Positions 30,190-39,118 of a DNA stretch of 64,000 nt are shown piece after piece. Each line of letters starts with the position of its first letter. Within the stretch, counting starts at the first letter, position 1. The notes under the pieces are model-generated. The model was given only the letters and a program-made list of their open reading frames with translations. It did not search any database and was not told the origin of the DNA. Position numbers and translations under genes: made by a program. The stretch comes from Candidatus Binatia bacterium (lineage in GTDB: Bacteria > Desulfobacterota > Binatia > HRBIN30): the NCBI GenBank assembly GCA_038245295.1, contig JBBRSP010000009.1, positions 128,001 to 192,000 of the forward strand, read 5' to 3'.

Positions 30190-30927
30190 TCACGCCTTGC
30201 CGGGCGCATGCACGCCCTCGGCTCGCCGATTAGCCTCCACCCAGTTGATGTTCTGGAAGAACGCATTGATGTATGATTTCGCGTCGGCGCCGTAGTCCAT
30301 CTGATACGCGTGTTCGTACATGTCCATGACGAGCAGAGGTGTGCCCCAGGCAAGATTTTGCGTGTGTTCGCCCGACCAGTACGTGTGCACCGCGCCGTTG
30401 CGTGGATTGTAGTTCAACACGACCCATCCTGAGCCGCCGCCGAGAGCCTGCCCCGTGGTCCGAAACTCGCTCTCCCACGTCTCCAGGCTGCCATATTCCG
30501 CCTTGATCAGATTGGCGATCGTTCCGTCCGGCGTCGCCGTCGGGCCGCCGAGGTTGGCAAAGTAGAGATCGTGCAACATCATCGAGTTGGTGGCGATGAG
30601 CTCCTCGCGCTTGAGAGCCCCCAACTGAAACGGCGGCGCATCCTTCGCCAGCGCGCCGATTTGCTGTTGGATCTGATTCAGGCGCTTCACCGCACCGCTG
30701 TAATTGTTCTGGTGATGCGAGGTGATCAGTTTCTCCGAGATGCCTTTGAGCTTGGCCGCATCGAAGGGCAGCGGTTTGATCTCGTTGGTGCCGCGGTAGG
30801 CTGGTGGTTTCGTGTCGGCCGGCGCCGGATCGGCTTGCGCTGTCGCGGCCGCCAACGTGTTCGACAAGGCCATCGCCATCCCGGCTCCGGCCAGGACCTT
30901 CAAACTATCGCGTCGACTTGTTTCCAT
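30190..30927 (-). CDS. Fe/Mn superoxide dismutase (ChrC-like) with Tat signal
   Basis: METSRRDSLK twin-arginine leader; HHQNNY, LHDLYF, GSGW, DMYEHAY metal ligands. Start taken at 30927 (RBS GAGG). Confidence 0.88.
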   Translation of the reverse strand: METSRRDSLKVLAGAGMAMALSNTLAAATAQADPAPADTKPPAYRGTNEIKPLPFDAAKLKGISEKLITSHHQNNYSGAVKRLNQIQQQIGALAKDAPPFQLGALKREELIATNSMMLHDLYFANLGGPTATPDGTIANLIKAEYGSLETWESEFRTTGQALGGGSGWVVLNYNPRNGAVHTYWSGEHTQNLAWGTPLLVMDMYEHAYQMDYGADAKSYINAFFQNINWVEANRRAEGVHAPGKA

Positions 30928-31097
30928 CGCTACCTCGCTTTCTGTCCTTATGGTCGCGTCGATCCGCACCGCGCCACATTCCATTTCACCAATGATGCAC
31001 CCGACGCAATACGCGATGGCGGTCCATGCTCGCCGAAACAAACGTCCGCTCCCTTGATGCGCAGGCGGAGGCAACGGGTGCTGAGACTGGGAGTCTG

Positions 31098-32921
31098 TTA
31101 CGCGATTTTCGAGGGCAGGCGCACCTGGAAGCAGCTGCCAGCGCCAAGAGTACTGGTCAGATGCACCGCACCACCATGCGCCTCGACGAGCGATCGGACG
31201 ATGAACAGCCCAAGGCCGGAGCCACCTTTGGAGCGGCCCTCGCCCGTTTGACGGTAGCGATCGAACAAACTGGGAATCTCCTCGGGGGCAATGCCGGGGC
31301 CTGTATCGGTAACGGATACGATCACCCACGAGGCGTCCAGTTCGGAGCGGATCGTGATCTGCCCAGAGCTGGGCGTGAATTTCAGTGCGTTGTTGAGCAG
31401 GTTGCTGAACACGCGTTCCAGCGCCATGGGGTCGGCATCGATGACGGGCAGCTCGGCTGCCAGGTTCAGGTCCAACGTGCTCTGGTGACTGGCGCGTTCA
31501 CCCACCAAGGCTCGGGAGACTTCCCGGAGCAGGTCGTTCACGCTCACCGGTTGTCTGGTGAGCGTTAGCTCGCCAGACTCCAACTGCGAGGCCTGAAGGA
31601 AATTGCTCAAGAGCGCCAACGCGCTATCGACACTTCTCTTCGCAGCGCCGGCTATTTCGCGACCTTCGACGGAGAGATCTTCATCTTCGAGCAAGATAGT
31701 CGTGGCGCCGTGGATCACCGCAAGCGGGTTTCTGAGATCGTGCGCCACCATCGCCATAAAGTCGGCGCGCAGCTGTTCGAGCCGCTTGCGATCGGTGATG
31801 TCGCGTACGTTCAGAATGGTGCCTCGCGTATTGGGATCGTCGACCAGCGCCGTCCCGGCGATCTCCACAGCAGTCCACGATCCATTCAAATGTCGCAGCC
31901 TGGCTTCGGCTTGGTATTGCTCATGAGAGGCGGTGGAGGCAAAACCACCGTACAATGCCGGGTAGTCGTCGGCATGCACGTATCGCGTCGCACTCGTACC
32001 GACTAGATCTGCCGGCTTGATCCCGACGAGTCGTTCCATCGCCGGGCTGGCATACTGGATCGTATTGTCGGCATCGACCACGCAGATCGCGTCGGCGGCA
32101 TTGCGAATCAGGGCTTCAAAACGCATCACGCTGTCGTGCACGGCCCTCTCCGCGCAAACTCGTTCCGTGATGTCTTCGTGCGCGATCACAACGCGCACCG
32201 GTCCGCCGCCCTGGAAGCGCGTAACGCGAACGATGAACCAGCGTTGCTCGGTAGGCGAATGGCACGGGTACTCGAGATGAAACTCGTCAAGCTCACAAGC
32301 CATAACAGCGCGAATGCCCGCCGCGACCTGGGCCGCCTCGCTTGAAAACTCTCCCGAAGCCGTGTCGCAGACTTCAAGGTAGTTGCTGTCCAGGGCGCTC
32401 GCCTCGCCGCGGAAGTGATTGTTCACTGCAAAGGCGCGCCACGACGCGTTGACCGCGATGATGCGGCCCTCGCGGTCGACGATGGCAACGCTTGACGACA
32501 GCGCGTCGAGGGTCGACTGCCTGAATTCCCGCTCAGCGCGTAGCTCGTCCTCGATCCGCTTGCGTTCGGTAATGTCGACGACCGAGGCAATGGCGACCCG
32601 TCCCGCCACGGATTCGAGGACTGCAAGTCTGATCTCCAGCGAAACCTCGCTACCGTCTTTGCGAACGCCGCAGAGGTCGCGGTGGGTTCGCTCGTCGCCG
32701 ATCGACGGTGCGGCAAAATAGGTGTGGCGGTGTTGCGGATGGGCGGCGCGGAATCGCGGTGGCACGAGGACTTCGACCACCTGTCCTATCAATTCCTCTC
32801 GCGAGTATTGGAAGAGTCGCTCCGCTGCCTCATTGACGAAAAGAATCTGGCCGTGCTCGTCGGCTAGGAGAATCGCGATCGGGGCCACCGCGGCTAGCGC
32901 GCGAAAGTCTACGCCGCCCAT
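31098..32921 (-). CDS. Multi-PAS sensor histidine kinase
   Basis: Three PAS/PAC repeats ending DITE/DITD, H-box AHDLRNPL, N-box NALKF, DTGPG, GSGLGL. Confidence 0.93.
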   Translation of the reverse strand: MGGVDFRALAAVAPIAILLADEHGQILFVNEAAERLFQYSREELIGQVVEVLVPPRFRAAHPQHRHTYFAAPSIGDERTHRDLCGVRKDGSEVSLEIRLAVLESVAGRVAIASVVDITERKRIEDELRAEREFRQSTLDALSSSVAIVDREGRIIAVNASWRAFAVNNHFRGEASALDSNYLEVCDTASGEFSSEAAQVAAGIRAVMACELDEFHLEYPCHSPTEQRWFIVRVTRFQGGGPVRVVIAHEDITERVCAERAVHDSVMRFEALIRNAADAICVVDADNTIQYASPAMERLVGIKPADLVGTSATRYVHADDYPALYGGFASTASHEQYQAEARLRHLNGSWTAVEIAGTALVDDPNTRGTILNVRDITDRKRLEQLRADFMAMVAHDLRNPLAVIHGATTILLEDEDLSVEGREIAGAAKRSVDSALALLSNFLQASQLESGELTLTRQPVSVNDLLREVSRALVGERASHQSTLDLNLAAELPVIDADPMALERVFSNLLNNALKFTPSSGQITIRSELDASWVIVSVTDTGPGIAPEEIPSLFDRYRQTGEGRSKGGSGLGLFIVRSLVEAHGGAVHLTSTLGAGSCFQVRLPSKIA

Positions 32922-33052
32922 GCTTCACCCAAGACGATCACCTCGTAGCGGAATTCCATTAGGAGCCCCTCTTCGCACTATTGACCGTCCGGACGATGTG
33001 CGAAAGCTCGAATCATGCACTGGCGAAGACTGCAGGGCTGCAACGACGTCGT

Positions 33053-34036
33053 TCAAAAAATTGGGTTGCGGTAGCCTACGCTCCATTCGAAGATTCTACT
33101 GATTGTCGGGCTCAGGAAGATTCGTTTCAGCGGCCACACCGGTGAGTGACAGTCTGCGGGGGAGAGCTTTCCCGTCCACAAATCGGCCAGAGTGTCGACC
33201 GAACGCGCGGCGAGCTCGTCGAGGACCTGCTTGCCGATTTCCGGCGAGGCGATCTTCGGGATACCGGCGTAGGTTTCCTCTTCGAAATACTTCAACGACG
33301 CTTTGAATCCCTGAAACAGCTTGCCGATCGAGGCACGCCCCGGCTTCGATGCCTTCGGAGGCTTACCTTGTTGAGTCAGCTTGATGTCGACGGTCATGCG
33401 GTCGCACTGTTTGTAGATTGGATCGACCTTGTCGCCGATAAGATGCAGCAGCAGCGAAGTTTCGATCACACCACCGTGCGCATCGCCGTCGAGGATCTCC
33501 GGGGTCAGGCCCGGGATCTGGCCCAGTACCTGGCTGAGGTTTGACGTACCCTCGCTGAGCTTCTTAGCGAGGACCGAAAACAACGACACCATCTTGGAGC
33601 CGTAGCGAGTGTTGCTCTGATGACACGCTTCCTCGATCGCCACGAAATGTCGTGGGCCGCCATGAAAGCTCGACACCCAGACGTGTGGAAACCCTTGTTT
33701 GACCAGCGTGCGTCCGAGATCCGCCAACACACGCACGATCGTCGAACTGCGGAACATCAACGAACCGCTATGCGGCAGGACGTCGGCGGCGGTGTAGATG
33801 GGTGGTAAGCGCAGACAGATGATTTCGGGGTGCCGTTCATGCAACAGATCGAGCGTCCGCATCGTCAGCGCGTCGGCTTCGAGGTTATCGCAGATGACCG
33901 GCAGATGCGGTCCGTGGACCTCGAGCGGCGAGCAAGCCACGGTCACCACGCAACGGCTCTTGTCGAGCTCGCGAAAGTCCTTGCCGGTCATGTGCTGCCA
34001 CTCGCGCAAGTACGGCCGCGTCGTTCCTGCATCCAT
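33053..34036 (-). CDS. Creatininase / creatinine amidohydrolase family protein
   Basis: E.HGPHLP..CD, SFHGG, DAHGG..ETS motifs. Confidence 0.85.
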   Translation of the reverse strand: MDAGTTRPYLREWQHMTGKDFRELDKSRCVVTVACSPLEVHGPHLPVICDNLEADALTMRTLDLLHERHPEIICLRLPPIYTAADVLPHSGSLMFRSSTIVRVLADLGRTLVKQGFPHVWVSSFHGGPRHFVAIEEACHQSNTRYGSKMVSLFSVLAKKLSEGTSNLSQVLGQIPGLTPEILDGDAHGGVIETSLLLHLIGDKVDPIYKQCDRMTVDIKLTQQGKPPKASKPGRASIGKLFQGFKASLKYFEEETYAGIPKIASPEIGKQVLDELAARSVDTLADLWTGKLSPADCHSPVWPLKRIFLSPTISRIFEWSVGYRNPIF

Positions 34037-34144
34037 CGCACTACCTCCCAAGCTCTCTGAAACACCCAACGTAACGCGGTGTCGTGGTCATGATAAGATC
34101 ACCAAATCGCCAGATGACCAAATGGCTCGACGTCACTGATCGAA

Positions 34145-36226
34145 TCACCGTAAGCACGGTTCGCCCAGTGAACGCGGCGCTACCACTTCCCCAACGCCGC
34201 CGCGCAGGACGCTATCGATGAAGCAACTGTATTGGAACTTCACGGCATCGAGCTGGGCGAAGATGTGATGTGGCGTCAGGATGCCGTCGCCTTGGTACTG
34301 CGCGACGATGGCCGTGAACGGCCGGCCATCCAGGGAGCGCTGATTGTGAGACTGCGGATACGACAATACCCCCGCCCGTCCGTCGGTGGCGAGAACGTCT
34401 TGCATGCTACTCCACTCAACGGTGCCTGCCTGCTGCACACCGGTGGATAATGCCATGAGGTTGTAGATCGGAATCGGGAAGTCCGGGTCATCTTTGCCGA
34501 CCGGCACGTAGATGTCGCGCGCCGGATGGTTCGGCAACGGGTTGTGCCCGAGACGCGCCGCAAACACCACCGGATCCGATGGTTCGAAGCCCATCTGCAC
34601 CAACTGCATGGCTGGATGCAGGTGCGTCAGCGGCTTGGCCGAGTTGATCAACAGACTGATCACGTCCGGCGACTCGACACCCGGAAGGATCTGTCCGAGC
34701 AGCGTCACCATGCTCCAGTAGCCGCCGGAACCGGTGGGCACGACCGCAACCGCGTGCGGCTCGACGGCGCCGACTTCATTGGTGAACTGACCACCGAGGG
34801 ATTGTCCGAGAAGAACGACGCGTTCGGTCTGCAATCGATAGTCGGTAGCAGTCGCCGGCAACGACAGGCCGCGACACGCGGCAACCACCTCCGGACCGAT
34901 GCGTAACTTGCCGATCGCTTCCAGCAGCAGTCGCTGCTCGATCGTGCCTTGGCGGAAGGTATCGGGATACGCCGCGAGATTGTTGAGATTGAGATACGTC
35001 CGCATGCTCGTGCCCGAGCCAACGCCGGGCAAACGCTCGGGGTTCAAGGGCAACGCAGCGGCCACGGTGGCGATGCCATGTGCCGCCAGGACATGGGCCG
35101 GCCCTTCGCCCTTCTTCGGCGTACCGTTGGGTTCCGTCACCGCGCCGCGATCGACGACTTGCGTCGACAACCCACCGGTGCCGTGGAAGTAGAGCACCAT
35201 CGGGTAGCCGGCGTCCGGCATCGCCGTCAGGGGTAGGTTGATGCTGATCGGCACATCCTCCTGACGCTGCTCGACGGGGAGTAAGTCGTCACCATACACG
35301 AACAAGCCATCACGATTGTACGGCGGCTCACCCTTTTGAAACTGCGGCATACGCACGCTGGCGTTCAGCTCGCAGAAGCGTTCGTGGCTGGCGCCGTCGT
35401 CCGGATCGATGTGCAGATCGCTGACCGCCACGTCGTAGTGATCGACAACCCGGGTGACGAGATCAGCAAGCTCGGCGACGACGTCGCCGGTCGTGAACAC
35501 GGACGCCGCCGCGACATCAGCGCTATCGAAGCCGCGTCGGCGTAGCGTCTCCCACAAGGGGGCATACTGCTCTGCCGCCGCGGCACCGCGCTGTCCCGAC
35601 GGAATCTCTCCAACGCGCAACTGCGCCAAGGCCAACGGCTGCCCCAGCAAGTCGCCGCGCGCATCGCGAAGTTGGCGGCGCACGACAAACGCATACGTAC
35701 GATTCGGATGCAGCACGACGCCGGGCATCGCCGCGACCGCCAGCAGATTTTCCGGCACGTAGCCATCCACCGGTGGCACGGTGGCGACGGTCGGGAACAA
35801 GCGCCCGCGCTCGGGTGATTGTGGATCTACATCGATGAGCCACAGCGGCGACGGCGCATCCGCCGCGATCGGCGCCAATGCCTCACGTCCGCCCAGCGCC
35901 GCGTCGAAGCGAAAGAAACACGCGGGGGTGACCGGATAGCCGTGGCGCAGACCGACGAGCGTTTTCACCGGGCGCAGGATCGCTTGCACGGCCGGGAAAC
36001 CGGCCACGTCGGGAGCGCCGGTCGCGGTAACGCGCAGGTCCGATGTCGTCGGGAAGTCGTAGTAGTGTGCAGGCTCTTGCAGATTGGCATCGAGATCGAA
36101 GGCCACAGTCGTGCCCGCAATCGCCGTGGGCGCCGCCATCGGCGCGCCCGCTTCTTCACGACAGCCGACAAGGGCGGCAAGCAAAGCGGCTGCGGCCACC
36201 GCCAAGCAGATTCGCATCCGGCTCAA
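34145..36226 (-). CDS. Large lipoprotein with alpha/beta hydrolase domain
   Basis: Lipobox LVGC, YFHGTGG, nucleophile elbow GQSLGG, C-terminal His. Confidence 0.75.
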   Translation of the reverse strand: MSRMRICLAVAAAALLAALVGCREEAGAPMAAPTAIAGTTVAFDLDANLQEPAHYYDFPTTSDLRVTATGAPDVAGFPAVQAILRPVKTLVGLRHGYPVTPACFFRFDAALGGREALAPIAADAPSPLWLIDVDPQSPERGRLFPTVATVPPVDGYVPENLLAVAAMPGVVLHPNRTYAFVVRRQLRDARGDLLGQPLALAQLRVGEIPSGQRGAAAAEQYAPLWETLRRRGFDSADVAAASVFTTGDVVAELADLVTRVVDHYDVAVSDLHIDPDDGASHERFCELNASVRMPQFQKGEPPYNRDGLFVYGDDLLPVEQRQEDVPISINLPLTAMPDAGYPMVLYFHGTGGLSTQVVDRGAVTEPNGTPKKGEGPAHVLAAHGIATVAAALPLNPERLPGVGSGTSMRTYLNLNNLAAYPDTFRQGTIEQRLLLEAIGKLRIGPEVVAACRGLSLPATATDYRLQTERVVLLGQSLGGQFTNEVGAVEPHAVAVVPTGSGGYWSMVTLLGQILPGVESPDVISLLINSAKPLTHLHPAMQLVQMGFEPSDPVVFAARLGHNPLPNHPARDIYVPVGKDDPDFPIPIYNLMALSTGVQQAGTVEWSSMQDVLATDGRAGVLSYPQSHNQRSLDGRPFTAIVAQYQGDGILTPHHIFAQLDAVKFQYSCFIDSVLRGGVGEVVAPRSLGEPCLR

Positions 36227-36457
36227 TTAGCAGTTCCTCGGCTGAGCGCGCCACTCCGTCGCTTTCGCCGGAAGGACTCGAACGAAAGCGAAGCCAAGCC
36301 TGAGGCCACCGGACTGTGCGCCATCCGACAGTTCCTGCGCCAACCCGACGCCGCGTGAGTCAGCCACAAAGACGGCTGCCGAAATCGTCGCGAAAGGTCG
36401 CAAAAGCCGCGAAAGCCTGGGGTGTGCGTGAAGCGTGTCTCTCCGTGAAGGGATTCG

Positions 36458-36640
36458 CTACTGTCGAAGGAAATGGCAATCACCTTCCCGGCCGCCGCCG
36501 GCGTTGTGTGGTGGCATCGGCGTAGGAAGCCCAATCCGGCCTCGATACTCTGGCTCGCCGCGCCGGTCGTTGTTGTCATCGCCTACGCCAAGCCGCGCCG
36601 GGACGCCAACGAGCCTGGGGCAACCCGCCCGTGGAGCTGA
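36458..36640 (+). pseudogene. Possible fragment of a membrane glycosyltransferase (TMTC/PMT-like)
   Basis: LLSKEMAITFPAAAGVVWW... resembles the LLSKE.A.T.P motif of GT-C proteins; there is no upstream gene body. Confidence 0.3.
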
Positions 36641-36759
36641 TTTCGCCCGGAGCGCGCCAGGACCCGCCCGCCGCCGCCATTGCCTGCGGGATGCCGCGAC
36701 AGCGCAGCCAGCGGTGAATTGATTCCGCTACTCTCGGGTCGCGCAACCACCTTCGAAAA

Positions 36760-37120
36760 TCGTTTACACCATGGTTTCTTGAAGCGGAGGGGGTGTAAAT
36801 TAGCGGAACTCTAGGTCTCCTCACGCGACCGTCTACGTAACTACTATTACATGCCAGTCGCGTCAGGAAACTGACGCAAAATGTGCGCTTAGACGCCGTC
36901 GCCTCACGAAAAGACCCTAAAACCCAGCTTTCAGGCGTGGTTGCTTCAAGAAACCATACGTAAAACAACTCTCACTAATCGGCGCGTGAAGCGCCATAGT
37001 GTGCCCCTAATTTTACCTATGGTCGCTTCAAGAAACTATATGCAAAATGATTCTCGCTAACGGAAGCGTGAATCGCTGAAGCCCCGAACTAATCCAATGC
37101 AGGGCCGCTTCAAGAAACCT
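36760..37120. repeat. AT-rich locus with phased 12-bp motif GCTTCAAGAAAC (82-83 bp period) and one inverted copy
   Basis: Exact copies at 36943, 37025, 37107; degenerate GCGTCAGGAAAC at 36860; reverse-complement copy at 36774-36785. Confidence 0.85.
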
Positions 37121-37248
37121 GGCTTGAAACAACACATGCGAGCCACCGAGCCAAGCCCATGGGAGCGCCAGCTCGAATGTGGGGATCGAAGTCGGAAAAG
37201 GGGATAGGTCCAATTGCCGATCGTTGGCCGCTATTTGGACTTATCCCC

Positions 37249-37360
37249 ATTATCGAGCCCGAGGAGGCGCCGATCATCTATGAGATGGACATCGTCCGAC
37301 CTGAGCGCACGAGCAGTCTGACCTTGCTCGCGAAGATCGCACAGGAACGGGGTCCGACGA
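37249..37360 (+). pseudogene. Possible C-terminal fragment of a minimal nucleotidyltransferase (MNT antitoxin-like)
   Basis: EEAPIIYEMDIVRPE....LLAKIAQE resembles MNT C-termini; no N-terminal GS..DxD region is present. Confidence 0.3.
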
Positions 37361-37427
37361 GGGACGTTGTAACAACTTTCGCAAGTCTCCCGACGACGAA
37401 CGACAGTTGAGAAAGTTACAACGTCCC
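37361..37427. repeat. 13-bp perfect inverted repeat downstream of the MFS gene (hairpin/terminator candidate)
   Basis: GGGACGTTGTAAC (37361-37373) / GTTACAACGTCCC (37415-37427). Confidence 0.55.
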
Positions 37428-37454
37428 CTCGGAAGCCCCTTGGAAGTCGATCAC

Positions 37455-38651
37455 TCAGCGCAGTTGCTTCGGTCGCCAAGGCAGGCCGAGCAAAGTCACC
37501 AGGCAGAACCCGGCGCCGGCGTAGAACGTCGCCGCCGGGCCCAGGCGATCCCACAGCAGGCCGGCAATGACACTCGCCAGCAGCATCGCAAGTCCGCTCG
37601 TCAGGTTGAAGAATCCGTAGGCCGTTCCGCGCAGGTCGGCGGGTGCCGCGGTGGCGACCATCGTGGCGAACAGGCCTTGGGTAATTCCCAGGTGGACGCC
37701 CCATAGCGCGACCCCAGCGAGCACGCCGCTCCACTGCTCTCCGCTGGCAAGCACGAGATCGGCGGCGATCAACACGACGAGGCCGAGGCCGAGCAAGGTG
37801 CTGTGGCGCATGCTGTCGGAGAGTTTGCCAAACGGATACGCCGACAGGGAGTAGACGAGATTCATCGTCACCAACACCAGCGGCACCAGGGCGACGGGAA
37901 TGCCCGATTGCCGGGCGCGCAGCACCAGGAAGGCTTCGCTGAAGCGCGCCAGGGTGAAGACGGCGCCGACAGCCACCACCCACCAATACGCCGCGCCCAG
38001 GCGGCGTAGGTTGGCGCGCCGAATCGGATTGGTGCGTTGCCCGTTGCCAGGCTGATCCGGTTCGCGCAGCCCCAGCGTGAGCAGGGTGACCGACAGTGCT
38101 CCCGGAATGACCGCCACCCAGAAGACGGCGCGGAAATCGTCGTGCCACAGGAGCATGAGGCCAACGCCGAGCAGCGGCCCGAGGAAGGCGCCAACGGTAT
38201 CGAGCGACTGGCGCAACCCGAAGGCCGCACCGCGCAATGACGGCGGCGCAAGGTCGGCCACCATCGCATCACGCGGCGCGCCGCGCACGCCTTTGCCTAC
38301 ACGATCCAGCAAGCGGGCGCCGAGGACGACCGTGGCGTTGGGGGCGAGTGCAAATAGCGGCTTGGTCAACGCCCCCAGAGCGTAGCCAAACACCGCCAGC
38401 CCCTTGCGTCGTCCCAGATAGTCGCTGAGCGCGCCGGAGAACACCTTGACGATCAGTGCCGTCGATTCGGCCAGGCCTTCGATCAATCCGACCGTCAACG
38501 CACTAACGCCGAGGGTTGTGACCAGAAACAGCGGCAGCAAGCTGTGGATCATCTCGGAAGACACATCCATGAGCATGCTGACGAGACCCAGCACCCAAAC
38601 CCCGGCGGGAATGCGCGGCGCCGCCGCTTCGGTGGTTGGGGTGGTATCCAT
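37455..38651 (-). CDS. MFS transporter
   Basis: 12 hydrophobic segments, G.LSD.LGRRK motif A, DRVGKGVRGAPRDA. Confidence 0.93.
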   Translation of the reverse strand: MDTTPTTEAAAPRIPAGVWVLGLVSMLMDVSSEMIHSLLPLFLVTTLGVSALTVGLIEGLAESTALIVKVFSGALSDYLGRRKGLAVFGYALGALTKPLFALAPNATVVLGARLLDRVGKGVRGAPRDAMVADLAPPSLRGAAFGLRQSLDTVGAFLGPLLGVGLMLLWHDDFRAVFWVAVIPGALSVTLLTLGLREPDQPGNGQRTNPIRRANLRRLGAAYWWVVAVGAVFTLARFSEAFLVLRARQSGIPVALVPLVLVTMNLVYSLSAYPFGKLSDSMRHSTLLGLGLVVLIAADLVLASGEQWSGVLAGVALWGVHLGITQGLFATMVATAAPADLRGTAYGFFNLTSGLAMLLASVIAGLLWDRLGPAATFYAGAGFCLVTLLGLPWRPKQLR

Positions 38652-38900
38652 GCGCGGGGCTCGACCGTCCCTCTATCGAGAGATGCAGCTCAGGGGAACA
38701 GCGAGAGACAACAGAGGGCCCGCGGTGGCAATTCCCAGCTTTCGGCTTGCCCTTCAGGCTCTCACGTTGGATAGCTGATCGCCGGTCCACCTAAATGATC
38801 CTCGCCGCCGTGACTCGGGCGCTCGACGTGGGGCTTGATCGGGGCCGGACCGGTCCGACCCCGATCAACACGCCTGCAATGCCCGGCGCAGCCAGAAGCA

Positions 38901-38993
38901 ACCACGGACGGCACGGATGGCCACGGATCTAAGGAATTTAGATCCTAAAGAACTTGACGGGTTCGATCCGTGTAATCGGTCCCCATCCGTGGT
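38901..38993. repeat. CCACGGAT/ATCCGTGG-type inverted-repeat element
   Basis: ACCACGGACGGCACGGATGGCCACGGATC ... GATCCGTGTAATCGGTCCCCATCCGTGGT. Confidence 0.6.
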
Positions 38994-39118
38994 GCGCGAA
39001 GCGCTTTCACCAGCTTAGCGGCGCTCCTTCACCGCCGCGTCCTTTGCACGCGAAGGCCAACAGGACTGACCGACATCCCATTCCATCAACGAGGCAACTC
39101 CGCTAGCGGGAAACGATC

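Noticed and set aside
29632..30276. ORFs 29632..30000 and 29845..30276 as proteins
   Set aside because: They are translations of palindromic and tandem repeats (IPAFAGMT, TVSFAGMT) with no RBS or domain signal.
36830..36857. Chromosomal dif site
   Set aside because: Only the TAA-N6-TTA geometry matches; the XerD arm TTATGTTAAAT is absent and the region appears origin-proximal (parS).
36860..37120. 82-bp-period array as a canonical CRISPR (motif ends in GAAAC)
   Set aside because: The conserved part is only ~12-16 bp, intervening segments are ~70 bp and partly similar to each other, one copy is inverted, and no cas genes are present. Kept as an unexplained array instead.
36720..37250. oriC
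   Set aside because: AT-rich, but I found no cluster of TTATCCACA-type DnaA boxes and no dnaA nearby.
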